NCBI GenBank assembly: GCA_963710605.1
Contig: CAVQBA010000004.1
Span: 1,056,001 to 1,120,000 of the forward strand
DNA length: 64,000 bases
Direction of reading: 5' to 3'
DNA from: an uncultured cyanobacterium
GTDB lineage: Bacteria; Cyanobacteriota; Cyanobacteriia; Cyanobacteriales; Cyanobacteriaceae
The first letter of the stretch is position 1, and each line of letters begins with the position of its first letter. Positions 11,395 through 21,080 of this stretch are shown here, one piece after another. Made by a program: the position numbers and the translations under genes. A model generated the notes under the pieces. The model did no database searches and had not been told where the DNA came from. It saw only the letters and a program-made list of their open reading frames with translations.

Positions 11395-12060
11395 ATGAAA
11401 AAAAAATCCTTGTCTTGGTTGTTAAAAACTGTTGGTTACTTAGAAGTTAGTCTTTTAACAGCAGTAACGATCGTAATTTCTAGTGAAGCAGTTATGGCAA
11501 AACCTCTTTGCTACTTAGTCGATGCTTATGGGCGTAGTATTAACCTTAGTTATATCTGTGCTATCAAACCTAATAATAACGCTAACTCTCAATCTTCATC
11601 ACCATCAACAAACTCTAATTCAAATCAAAATTCTACACAAACGACTCCAAATAACTCTCCGCAATCTTCCCCGAATAACAATGTCAACGTAAATAACCAA
11701 AATCTGAATAATCAAAACGTTGGTAACCAAAACCTCAATAACCAAAATAATAACAGCAACCCGAATGTCGATAATCGAAATATTGATAACCAGAATAACA
11801 ATTATCAAAATGTAGATAATCAAAATAATAATTATCAAAATGTAGATAATCAAAATAATAACAATCAAAACGTTGACAATCCGAATATTGATAATTCTAG
11901 TATTGATAACAATAGTCAGAATAACCGAAATGTTAATAATACTAATATGAATAATCAAAATATGAATAATCAAAATATGAATAATCAAAATATGAATAAT
12001 CAAAATATGAATAATAACCAGCGACAACCTACTAGACAGGTTCCTATTTTACCTAGATAA
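11395..12060 (+). CDS. Secreted Asn/Gln-rich low-complexity protein
   Basis: Signal-peptide-like N-terminus, CYLVDAYGRSINLSYIC two-Cys motif, then NQNNN and NMNNQ repeats. Confidence 0.75.
   Translation: MKKKSLSWLLKTVGYLEVSLLTAVTIVISSEAVMAKPLCYLVDAYGRSINLSYICAIKPNNNANSQSSSPSTNSNSNQNSTQTTPNNSPQSSPNNNVNVNNQNLNNQNVGNQNLNNQNNNSNPNVDNRNIDNQNNNYQNVDNQNNNYQNVDNQNNNNQNVDNPNIDNSSIDNNSQNNRNVNNTNMNNQNMNNQNMNNQNMNNQNMNNNQRQPTRQVPILPR
11944..12015 (+). repeat. 15-bp tandem repeat (AATATGAATAATCAA), about 5 copies, coding NMNNQ
   Basis: Seen directly; 30-bp repeats also occur at about 11785-11870. Confidence 0.9.
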
Positions 12061-12154
12061 GTTATTGATTTAATTATTAATTAATGACAGATTCTTTCAA
12101 TTATCAACTATTAATTTTACTACCTAATTATTATTTAAATTAAAAAATAAAATA

Positions 12155-12799
12155 TTGCTTAATCTGCCTAATTCTATATCTTTTGTTATTCAAAATAATG
12201 CGGTTGATAATTTACCAAGTTTACTAACTTCTTTAACCGAACAAAAACAAACTTTAAATTGTCAAATAAACTCGATCGTTTTATCATCAGAAAAATTCGT
12301 AAAACAAGATAATTTTTTAACAAATATAGTCGATAAATTACAATCTATTATTAATAATAAAATAGGCTTATTTAATAATGAAAATAATGTAACTTATGCA
12401 GATTATCAAGATTTAAAAGCCATGATCAAAAGCGATCTTACTATTTTTATTCAAACTAAGTATCTTCCTCAACAACTGTGGTTAAAATCGATCGTTTCTG
12501 AATTTACTAATCCTGATGTAAACATTGTCGCAGGTAATGTAATCGAAGCAAACGATCGTGGTGAGACAATAGCTAACAATATGTTCGATAATTTATGCTT
12601 AGATACTCCTCAACAATATCTACAAGCATGGCAAAAACAGACGGCTAATTTAGCAGTAAGAACAGAATTTCTACACAAACTAAATAACTACAATTTAGTA
12701 ACCAATAATCAAAATCGTAATGCTTGTTTTTGTCGTATCTTAAGAGAATTAGAAAGCGAAATAGTTTATAATCCTAACGCTAAGGTGGTCATAAATTAA
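12155..12799 (+). CDS. Hypothetical protein, possibly a degenerate GT-A glycosyltransferase fold
   Basis: WLKSIVSEFTNPDVNIVAG and QTANLAVR resemble GT2 segments; no clear DxD; start uncertain. Confidence 0.5.
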   Translation: MLNLPNSISFVIQNNAVDNLPSLLTSLTEQKQTLNCQINSIVLSSEKFVKQDNFLTNIVDKLQSIINNKIGLFNNENNVTYADYQDLKAMIKSDLTIFIQTKYLPQQLWLKSIVSEFTNPDVNIVAGNVIEANDRGETIANNMFDNLCLDTPQQYLQAWQKQTANLAVRTEFLHKLNNYNLVTNNQNRNACFCRILRELESEIVYNPNAKVVIN

Positions 12800-12838
12800 T
12801 TCTCAATTCTCAATTCTCAATTCTCAATTCTCAATTCT
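12797..12838. repeat. Heptamer tandem repeat (STRR-like) AATTCTC, about 5-6 copies, between convergent genes
   Basis: Seen directly. Other heptamer arrays at about 3275-3300, 9108-9140, 18305-18368, 20070-20101, 20920-20942, 21000-21068, 33356-33385 and 39307-39333. Confidence 0.85.
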
Positions 12839-14033
12839 TAGATGTGCTTCGCCAACTCAATTTAAGATTAATCCAATAATTCCAAATAGTAACAATCGCA
12901 ATAGCTAACAAATTAGCGAAATAACGATTAAAATCAAAAAGATTAAAGCAAATATTTAACAACACAACATTCATAATTAAGCCAGCCAAACAAACTAAAT
13001 TAAACTTGATTAATCGTTTTAACTTTTGTTTTTTACTCGGTTGCTTTTTCGCAATATCTCCAAAAGTCCAAATGTCATTCCAGAGAAAATTGTTGATAAT
13101 AGCAAATTCAGCCGCCATGATTTTACTACGAGTTAAAGGTAAAGCCAAAGTAGAAGGATCGCTTAGAAGATATAAAATAGTCATATCCACAAATACACCA
13201 CTCAAACCCACCAAACCAAAACGAATAAATCGACCAAATTCGCCGACAGACAGACGTAAACGAATCAAATGACGAATATATTCCCAATAATGTTGAATAG
13301 TTACCTTACTTTTACCACCTTTTCTTTCCTGAAAAACATAACCCACTTCACCAATCCAAGCAATTTTTCCCTTAGCTAAAACCTCAATCAAAATTTTGTA
13401 GCCTAAAGGATTGAGTCTAGATTCAGTTAAACAACGACGACGGACGAAAAAATAACCACTCATTGGATCGGATATTTTGCCAACAATACCGGGTAAAATA
13501 ATTAAACCCAGAATTTGTGCACCACGAGAGAAAAAACGACGAAAAATACTCCATTCACTTACTCCACCACCATCAACATTACGACTAGCGACAGCTAAAT
13601 CAGCACCTCTTTCTATTTCACGCCATAAGCCTTTTAAAGTTTCAGGAGGATGTTGTAAATCCGCATCAATTACCCCCAATACTTCGCCGTGAGATGTTTG
13701 CCAACCACGGATAACGGCTGTGGATAAACCTTTTTCTTGTTGACGATGAACAACTTTAAGTTGAGGATAAACGACTGTCAAATCTTGAGCTATTTTTCCT
13801 GTAAAATCTGGACTGTTGTCATCAACAATAATTAATTCATATTGCTGAGGTATTAATGAATTGAGAATTTGAGTTAGTTGAGCGATTAGGGTAGTAATAT
13901 TTTCGGCTTCATTATATGTAGGAATAACTAAGGATAATTTAATCGTCTGTTTTTCGGCTTTGGTGCTAGAGTCAATTAACAATGGTGATGGTTTCTGTTT
14001 GAGATATAAATTACGACATATAATTATAGCCAA
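12831..14033 (-). CDS. Polyprenol-phosphate mannosyltransferase-like GT2 fused to a GtrA domain
   Basis: VIPTYNE, VDDNSPD, DADLQHPPE and SDPMSG motifs; C-terminal RFIRFGLVG...NF.WN GtrA domain; start uncertain. Confidence 0.9.
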   Translation of the reverse strand: MAIIICRNLYLKQKPSPLLIDSSTKAEKQTIKLSLVIPTYNEAENITTLIAQLTQILNSLIPQQYELIIVDDNSPDFTGKIAQDLTVVYPQLKVVHRQQEKGLSTAVIRGWQTSHGEVLGVIDADLQHPPETLKGLWREIERGADLAVASRNVDGGGVSEWSIFRRFFSRGAQILGLIILPGIVGKISDPMSGYFFVRRRCLTESRLNPLGYKILIEVLAKGKIAWIGEVGYVFQERKGGKSKVTIQHYWEYIRHLIRLRLSVGEFGRFIRFGLVGLSGVFVDMTILYLLSDPSTLALPLTRSKIMAAEFAIINNFLWNDIWTFGDIAKKQPSKKQKLKRLIKFNLVCLAGLIMNVVLLNICFNLFDFNRYFANLLAIAIVTIWNYWINLKLSWRSTSKN

Positions 14034-14382
14034 ATAAATCGATCGATAACCAAATCAATCCGAATACCTATTCTGTTTTTGGTATTGATTAAATATATTA
14101 GCAAACCCAGAGTCTTTGTTTTTGGTAAATAAATATTCTGACGAATACAAACAATCAAAGATAACAGTAAAATAAACATCGCTTATTTTCAAATTTCTCC
14201 TCCTCAAAAATTTGTGAGTTAAAACTAGTAAGTCTCTGTCTTTCCCTCTTTCCCCCTTTCTCTTTTTCTGTAAGTTATCAGCGTTCTCGGTGGTTGTTTA
14301 ATCAAGCAAAAATAACTCAAAAAAACGATTTTTAAATTGAATAATTGAAGGATTCAAACAAGTAGCGAAAACCTCAAAAAAG

Positions 14383-14485
14383 TGATATGCTAGTAGGGTT
14401 GTCAAAAATCGCACATCTGAGCGATCGTCGGGTGTTTCTTGTACTCAAGAAATAAAACTGACTCAGATGGAGGATTAACCCGAAA
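14383..14485 (+). promoter_or_regulatory. rpsB extended -10 promoter and S2 autoregulatory leader (pseudoknot)
   Basis: TGaTATGCT at 14383-14391; stem CATCTGAG (14414-21)/CTCAGATG (14462-69); inner hairpin TTTCTTG/CAAGAAA; CGGGT (14429-33) pairs with ACCCG (14478-82). Confidence 0.75.
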
Positions 14486-14500
14486 AAAGGAGAAAAATTC

Positions 14501-15358
14501 ATGCCAGTAGTTAGCTTAAAAGAGCTGTTAGATTCTGGTGTCCACTTTGGGCATCAAACACGCCGTTGGAATCCAAAAATGGATCCTTATATCTACACAG
14601 CTAGAAATGGGGTTCATATTATTGATTTAGTGCAAACTGCACAATTGCTTGACGAAGCATTCGATTACTTGAAAAAAGCCGCTGAAAACGGTAAAAAAGT
14701 ATTGTTTGTCGGAACAAAACGTCAAGCCGCCGCTATTATTGCCGCTGAAGCCGCTCGTTGTGGTGGTTTTTATATCAACCAACGTTGGTTAGGTGGAATG
14801 CTCACTAACTGGGAAACTATTAAATCTCGTGTTAGTAGATTAAAAGAATTAGAAGAATTAGAAGATAGCGGTGCTTTAGATAGAAGACCAAAAAAAGAAG
14901 CTTCTGTCCTACGTCGTGAATTAAATAAATTACAGAAATATCTCGGCGGTATCAAAGATATGCGTCGCATACCAGATATTGTGGTAATTATTGATATTCG
15001 TCGTGAACACAACGCAATTAAAGAATGTGAAAAACTTAATTTGCCTGTAATCTCGATGTTGGATACTAATTGTAATCCTGATGTAGTTGATTATCCGATT
15101 CCTGCTAACGATGATGCTATTCGATTGATTAAATTAATTATCGGTAAACTAGCTGATGCAATTTATGAAGGTCGTTATGGTAAAGCCGCGGCAGAAGGAA
15201 CGATTGACGAATTAGAACAACAACTAGAACAATCTCTAGCTAATTACGACGAATCTCAAGCTAATTACGACGACGACGAACCTCAAACAGAAGATGACGA
15301 GAATGAGGCAGTTGTAGTAGCAGAAGAAGAAGAAAATACCCAATCAGAAGAAGAGTAA
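14501..15358 (+). CDS. rpsB: 30S ribosomal protein S2
   Basis: [24 protein letters not shown] and IPANDDAIR motifs; acidic C-terminal tail. Confidence 0.98.
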   Translation: MPVVSLKELLDSGVHFGHQTRRWNPKMDPYIYTARNGVHIIDLVQTAQLLDEAFDYLKKAAENGKKVLFVGTKRQAAAIIAAEAARCGGFYINQRWLGGMLTNWETIKSRVSRLKELEELEDSGALDRRPKKEASVLRRELNKLQKYLGGIKDMRRIPDIVVIIDIRREHNAIKECEKLNLPVISMLDTNCNPDVVDYPIPANDDAIRLIKLIIGKLADAIYEGRYGKAAAEGTIDELEQQLEQSLANYDESQANYDDDEPQTEDDENEAVVVAEEEENTQSEEE

Positions 15359-15670
15359 TTATATTTTGGGTTTTACTGACCTAAAGTAATCTCAATAACT
15401 CTCAATTTTCTGAGCTTAGGAACAGATAATTTAACGACTAATAAATAATTAATAAGTACAAACTTAAATACTAGTTAATTGTGAATTAGTGATAGTGAAT
15501 TATTTTGTTCCTAAAAATTTTGAGAAAGTGAAAATTTTGCTCTTAACAGATAACTTTTTCAGTTAAATTTGAAATCAAGTTAATATTGTTGAATTCGTAA
15601 TTCGATTCAATCAGCTTCAATTCATGTCATCATAATTGAGGATAAATTTTATCAAACTAAAATAAATATC

Positions 15671-16330
15671 ATGGGAACTATATCGGCGAAATTAGTCAAA
15701 GAATTAAGAGATAAAACTAATGCTGGGATGATGGATTGTAAAAAAGCCCTAGCAGAAAACGATGGCGACATGACTAAAGCCACAGAATGGTTACGTAAAA
15801 AAGGAATTGCTTCTGCTGATAAAAAATCAGGTAGAGTAGCGGCTGAAGGTATTGTTGAAAGCTATATTCACACAGGCGGACGTATTGGTGTTTTAGTTGA
15901 AGTTAACTGCGAAACAGATTTTGTTGCTCGTAGAGAAGATTTCCAAGACTTAGCTAAGAATATTGCGATGCAAATTGCGGCTTGCCCTAATGTCGAATTT
16001 ATTAAAATTAGCGATATTGATCCCCAAGTTATCGAAAAAGAAAAACAAATTGAAATGGGTAGAGAAGATTTAGCTAACAAACCTGAAAATATTCGTGAAA
16101 AAATTGTTGAAGGTAGAGTACAAAAACGTTTAGGTGAAATGTGCTTGTTAAGTCAACCTTATATTCGTGAGCAAGGTATGACAGTAGAAGAGCTAATTAT
16201 TCAACAAGTTGCTAAAGTTGGTGAGAATATTCAAGTTCGTCGTTTTACTCGTTTTATTTTAGGCGATGGAATTGAAAAAGAATAAACTAATTTTGCGGAT
16301 GAAGTAGCGGCACAAACCGGCGTACAGTAA
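15671..16330 (+). CDS. tsf: Elongation factor Ts, with an in-frame TAA at 16283-16285 before the conserved C-terminal helix
   Basis: [14 protein letters not shown] and [10 protein letters not shown] motifs. Reading through the TAA gives [19 protein letters not shown] ending at 16330. Confidence 0.95.
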
Positions 16331-16605
16331 CGTTTATTAAGACAAATAGTTAATAATTATTAGTCAATATAATTAATTATAAATAGTTAGTTGATCTAAT
16401 TTTTATTGGCTATTTCTTAAACTAACAAAACTATAAATTTGGTTTAATATCTAATTAAAGAAGAACAATTATTTATGACTAAATATCAATTGTTGAGTAT
16501 CTAGTGATTTTTTTCAACTATTGATAATCTAATGCGTGTTTTGGTTAATAGTTAATTTGACATTATCAAGAGCAAACGCTAGTAAACTATAATGCGATCG
16601 CTAAA

Positions 16606-17529
16606 ATGACTAAATCGATTAAGCAAATAGATAAGAATTTAAAGGCTTTAAATATTCAAGTACAAGATTTAGCCAAAATTTTAGAGGGTTTAAATCGAGA
16701 TTATTTACGTTACTTAATTACAGTTGTCAAAAAACAATTAATGGTTGCGAGTTATCAAATTTGTACCCAGAAATACCCTGAAAGTTTTTTAAATTTAAGT
16801 TATTCTCAAAGAACAAAGTTACAAGAAAAAATCAAAGATTTAGCAGGTAACTTTTCAAAGAAATTAACTGAAGATTGGCAAAAAATAGATGATTTGTCTG
16901 ATAATCCAATTGTACAACAGCTACATCAAAATATTTTAACGATTGTCTCATCTTCAGAAAAAAAGCAAAACCTGACACAGACGATAACATCAGCCGATGG
17001 TAGTAATGATATTCAGCCCACAGCCGAAGAAGAAAACGTAACTTCTCCAGTTAATTTTGCTCAAGACGACATTGATGAGTTACAACCAGAATATTTAATT
17101 GAATTACAAATAGAATTTGATAATTGTTTAGAACAAGGTTTAATTGATTTGTCTAATAGTGTGAATCAATCTTTGCAAGAAGCAGAAATTATTTCTAACA
17201 AAATTCCTAACCAGATTTTAGCGATTGCATTACAAGCCGAAGATAATACTTCTATTGTAAGTGGTTCTCCTAATTTAGTTAGTATTTTAATTGAAAAAGA
17301 TACCCCATCTGAACAAGAGCAAATTGATATTACTCCAGTCATCGCTGTTTGCTTAAGAATAAATGATTCTGAATTTCATGATCCAAAATTAAATTTGCTC
17401 AAACAAAAAATCAATAAAGTTCTCGCTCAACTTAATTCTTTTGCTCAGAGGTATCAAGAGTTACAACAAAAATATACGATCGCTCAAGCAGAATCAGCAT
17501 GGCGTACAAGTTGGTATGAAGAAGAATAG
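16606..17529 (+). CDS. Conserved cyanobacterial coiled-coil hypothetical protein
   Basis: YQICTQ.YP..FL.LS and C-terminal AE.AWR.SWY motifs; 307 aa. Confidence 0.75.
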   Translation: MTKSIKQIDKNLKALNIQVQDLAKILEGLNRDYLRYLITVVKKQLMVASYQICTQKYPESFLNLSYSQRTKLQEKIKDLAGNFSKKLTEDWQKIDDLSDNPIVQQLHQNILTIVSSSEKKQNLTQTITSADGSNDIQPTAEEENVTSPVNFAQDDIDELQPEYLIELQIEFDNCLEQGLIDLSNSVNQSLQEAEIISNKIPNQILAIALQAEDNTSIVSGSPNLVSILIEKDTPSEQEQIDITPVIAVCLRINDSEFHDPKLNLLKQKINKVLAQLNSFAQRYQELQQKYTIAQAESAWRTSWYEEE

Positions 17530-17550
17530 AATAATCAATTTATTATAATC

Positions 17551-18153
17551 ATGGATAAGTCGCAAAAAATAGTTCCTCAATTGCTGATTGGTTTAGGAAA
17601 CCCCGAAGCAAAATATGATAATACTAGACATAATATCGGATTTGAAGTTTTAGATTATCTCGCCGACAAATGGGGATTTAGTTGGCAAAAAAATACTAAG
17701 TTTAATGCTTTATTCACTGAAGGTATTGCTCCTAATCGACGTAAAATTAGATTAGTTAAACCTTTAACTTACATGAATAATTCAGGGCAGTCGGTAAGAG
17801 CGGTTTTAAACTGGTATAAGTTAGAGGCAGATGATTTACTGGTGATTTATGATGATATGGATTTGCCCTTTGGTAGATTAAGATTAAGATTATCAGGCTC
17901 AGCAGGTGGGCATAACGGGATGAAATCGATTATTAGTCATGTAGGCGGACAAAATTTTCCTCGTTTGCGTTTAGGTATTGGTAAATCTGGAGGTAAAAAA
18001 TCTACAGTAGGTCATGTTTTAGGTAAGTTTTCATCAGCGGAAACAAAAGCGTTGAATGAGTTGATGAAGCTAACCCAAGAAACAATCAACATGAGTTTAT
18101 CTGATGGTGTGGAAAAGGCAATGAGTCTTTATAACCAAAAATCGATCGTTTAA
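17551..18153 (+). CDS. pth: Peptidyl-tRNA hydrolase
   Basis: GLGNP..Y..TRHNIG, KPLTYMNNSG and GSAGGHNG motifs. Confidence 0.97.
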   Translation: MDKSQKIVPQLLIGLGNPEAKYDNTRHNIGFEVLDYLADKWGFSWQKNTKFNALFTEGIAPNRRKIRLVKPLTYMNNSGQSVRAVLNWYKLEADDLLVIYDDMDLPFGRLRLRLSGSAGGHNGMKSIISHVGGQNFPRLRLGIGKSGGKKSTVGHVLGKFSSAETKALNELMKLTQETINMSLSDGVEKAMSLYNQKSIV

Positions 18154-18185
18154 GCTATTATTTAATACCAAATTTAAAATATGAA

Positions 18186-18226
18186 AATCCCCCTCTATCC
18201 CCCTCTATCCCCCTTTGAAAGGGGGG
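18186..18226 (+). repeat. C-rich hairpin dispersed repeat (ATCCCCC...CCCCCTTTGAAAGGGGG)
   Basis: Same family at 617-648 (minus strand), about 25945-26045, 33527-33557, 39436-39470, 47826-47862 and 62646-62902. Confidence 0.8.
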
Positions 18227-18372
18227 AGGAAGTGCGGATGCTTCGCTTTTGCTTTTGGGGACTTGTTGAAAATAACTGTTCCAAATTTTATTGGAATTAG
18301 TATTATTACTCATTACTTCTTACTCATTACTTCTTACTCCTTACTCCTTACTCCTTACTCCTTACTTCAATT

Positions 18373-20082
18373 ATGCAAAGTGTTGACTATACAACTTTAA
18401 TCGCAATTTGTAGCTCTTTAAACGATAGTTATGTACCTTCTCGGTTAGAGCAAGTATATCAAATCGATCGTTATACCATTAGTCTGTGTTTACGCACGGT
18501 ACAAAAAAAACACTGGTTAACTATATCTTGGCATCCCCAAGCCGCTAGAATTTGTTTAGGGAATCCTCCTCCTCGTGGTAAGGATACTTTTACTTTTAGT
18601 GAACAACTAAGGCATTTGATTAATGGTTATGCTCTTATTGGTATCAAAATGGTAGGTAATTGGGAGAGAGTCATTGATTTACAATTTTCTGGACGCCCGA
18701 ATGAAGAGCCATTAAATCATCTGTATGTAGAAATTATTGGTAAATATAGTAACGTTATTTTAACTAATGCTGATAATCAAATTATTACTCTCGCGCGTCA
18801 AGTTACGGCGAATAAATCTACTGTACGCACAGTAGAAACATCTCAGATTTATCAGTTACCACCTTCATTAACAGGTAATACACCTAAACTAAAAGAAGAT
18901 CAAGAACAATGGCAAGAAAAAGTTAGTTTGATACCCGGTAGGATCGATAAACAGTTAGTAAAAGCGTATCAAGGTGTAAGTCCTGTTTTAGCCAGAGAAT
19001 TATTACAACAAGCAGAAATTGAATCTACTCGCTCCAATCAAGAATTAAGTGAGCAAGAATGGCAGAAGTTGTATGGTAGCTGGCGTTATTGGTTAGAGAC
19101 GATCGATAAAAAACAATTTTCACCTCATTTAACCGCTCAAGGTTATAACGTAATTAGTCGTCAGCCATCATCACATAATCTACACGAATTAATTAATAAC
19201 TACTATAACCGACAACTTTACCTCGAAAATTTTACTCAGTTAAAACAACAGCTACAACAAAAGATCAAGAATATTTTAGGTAAATTAATCGTTAAGCAAA
19301 ATAAATATCAAGATCGATTAAATGAGTCTGATGATTGCGAAATATATAGTCAAAAAGCTGATATGTTAATCTCTTATTCCCATCAATGGCAACCAGGGAT
19401 GACAGAAATAGAATTACCATGTTTTGATACTCAAGAAAAAATAAAAATACAATTAGCACCCGACAAAAATATGGTGCAAAATGCTCAAAAATTATATAAA
19501 CAGTATCAAAAATTAAAACGAGCGAAAGTAATAGTTCAACCTTTACTCGAAGAAGTAACTGCTGAGATAAACTATTTACAACAAAATGCAACTACTATCA
19601 CTCAGTTAGATTACCAAGAAGCAGATGACTTAACTACCTTGCACGAAATCAAAGCTGAATTAATTAATCAGAAATATATTGAAGATAGTCAATATCGAGG
19701 TTTAAATAATCAATCAGAATCTCAACCTCGTAGTTATCAATCACCTTCAGGTTATCAGGTATTAGTAGGTAGAAATAACCGTCAAAATGATATTCTCTCT
19801 TTTCGTACTGTTACCGACTACGATTTATGGTTTCACGCTCAAGAAATATCAGGCTCTCATGTTTTGTTACGTTTAAATGCCGGTGATGTACCAGACGATC
19901 GAGATTTACAATTTACAGCTGATATTACTGCTTATTATAGTCAAGGTAGAGAAAGTGAACAAGTACCTGTTATTTATACCAAACCCGAATTTGTTTATAA
20001 ACCTAAAGGTGCAAAGCCGGGTATGGTTGTTTATGTTAAAGAAACGGTTATTTGGGGTAAACCTTTAACAGTTAAGAGTTAA
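18373..20082 (+). CDS. rqcH: NFACT/RqcH (FbpA-like) ribosome quality control protein
   Basis: EIIGKYSNVIL, VGRNNRQND, WFHAQEISGSHV and KPKGAKPGMV motifs. Confidence 0.92.
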   Translation: MQSVDYTTLIAICSSLNDSYVPSRLEQVYQIDRYTISLCLRTVQKKHWLTISWHPQAARICLGNPPPRGKDTFTFSEQLRHLINGYALIGIKMVGNWERVIDLQFSGRPNEEPLNHLYVEIIGKYSNVILTNADNQIITLARQVTANKSTVRTVETSQIYQLPPSLTGNTPKLKEDQEQWQEKVSLIPGRIDKQLVKAYQGVSPVLARELLQQAEIESTRSNQELSEQEWQKLYGSWRYWLETIDKKQFSPHLTAQGYNVISRQPSSHNLHELINNYYNRQLYLENFTQLKQQLQQKIKNILGKLIVKQNKYQDRLNESDDCEIYSQKADMLISYSHQWQPGMTEIELPCFDTQEKIKIQLAPDKNMVQNAQKLYKQYQKLKRAKVIVQPLLEEVTAEINYLQQNATTITQLDYQEADDLTTLHEIKAELINQKYIEDSQYRGLNNQSESQPRSYQSPSGYQVLVGRNNRQNDILSFRTVTDYDLWFHAQEISGSHVLLRLNAGDVPDDRDLQFTADITAYYSQGRESEQVPVIYTKPEFVYKPKGAKPGMVVYVKETVIWGKPLTVKS

Positions 20083-20373
20083 GAGTTAAGAGTTAAGAGT
20101 TACAGTTCCAATATTATCAAAAGAAGAACTAATTTGATTTGAGTTTAATTTATTAAATGGTATCTATTAGCCTTAAATAATATAGTTGTTTCAAATAAAA
20201 ATGAGACACGAGTGATGAATCTAAATTTCAGTTTAATTTATTAAACGAACAGGATATTAGCCTTGCACGATAGTTCAAGGCGGTTTTAATACTTTGGTTT
20301 CAGTATTGTTCTTACTGTCTTAATCTTAATTGAAATGACTAGAATTCAAGGCTAGGAAAATAATTATTTATTA

Positions 20374-20845
20374 TTAATTAAATAACAAAGCATCGAATCG
20401 AATATGCACCTGCACCCCATGTGATCAATATCATCAAAACTAAGATATAAATAAAAGCTTTCTCTTGAGAGGGTGGCTCACCTTTTCCATTTGGTCCATC
20501 ATACTCTCCTTTTGGTATCAAATAAGGATCGTCGGCTACAAAAGGTAAGTTTTGAGTAATTTCTAAAACCAAGGCAAATACCATTGAGCCTAATAAAGAA
20601 ATACTAACTAAAGGAGTTAGAAAACCAACAATTAGTAAAAAGCCGCCGAAAAACATTGATACAGCCGATAAAAAACATAAATAAATTGGCATTTTTAATG
20701 CTTGCGACCATTGTTGTAGATGAGTTATTTTAGGATAGCCATGTAAAACAAATAAAATTCCGAAGCCGACTCTTAAAGCGAATAAAGTCCAACCTTGAAT
20801 TCCATCGGGAAAGTTAAGATAAAATAAATTTAAAAACTCGACCAT
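20374..20845 (-). CDS. DoxX family membrane protein, probable +1 base at 20396/7 near the C-terminus
   Basis: LRVGFG..F..HG..K and GAGAYS motifs; removing one base gives the typical GAGAYSIDALLFN* ending. Confidence 0.85.
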
Positions 20846-21080
20846 TAATAATAATTTAGTTATTTTAATAAACTGTTACAATCTTACCAGAAATTTTATT
20901 TCAAAGAACACAGAACAATTAACCATTAACCATTAACCATTAATTTTATAATAATCTTGCCTCAAACCCTTAAACAAAATAGTTAAAACAATTATTGATT
21001 TACTTCTTACTCCTTACTCCTTACTTGTTACTCCTTACTTGTTACTTCTTACTCCTTACTCCTTACTTAATCCCTAACAT

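Noticed and set aside
11620-12027. 135-aa Ile-rich minus-strand ORF
   Set aside because: Antisense shadow of the Asn-rich repeat gene.
16283-16285. Genetic code reassignment of TAA
   Set aside because: Many conserved genes here (rpsB, hisB, eno, htpG) end correctly at TAA.
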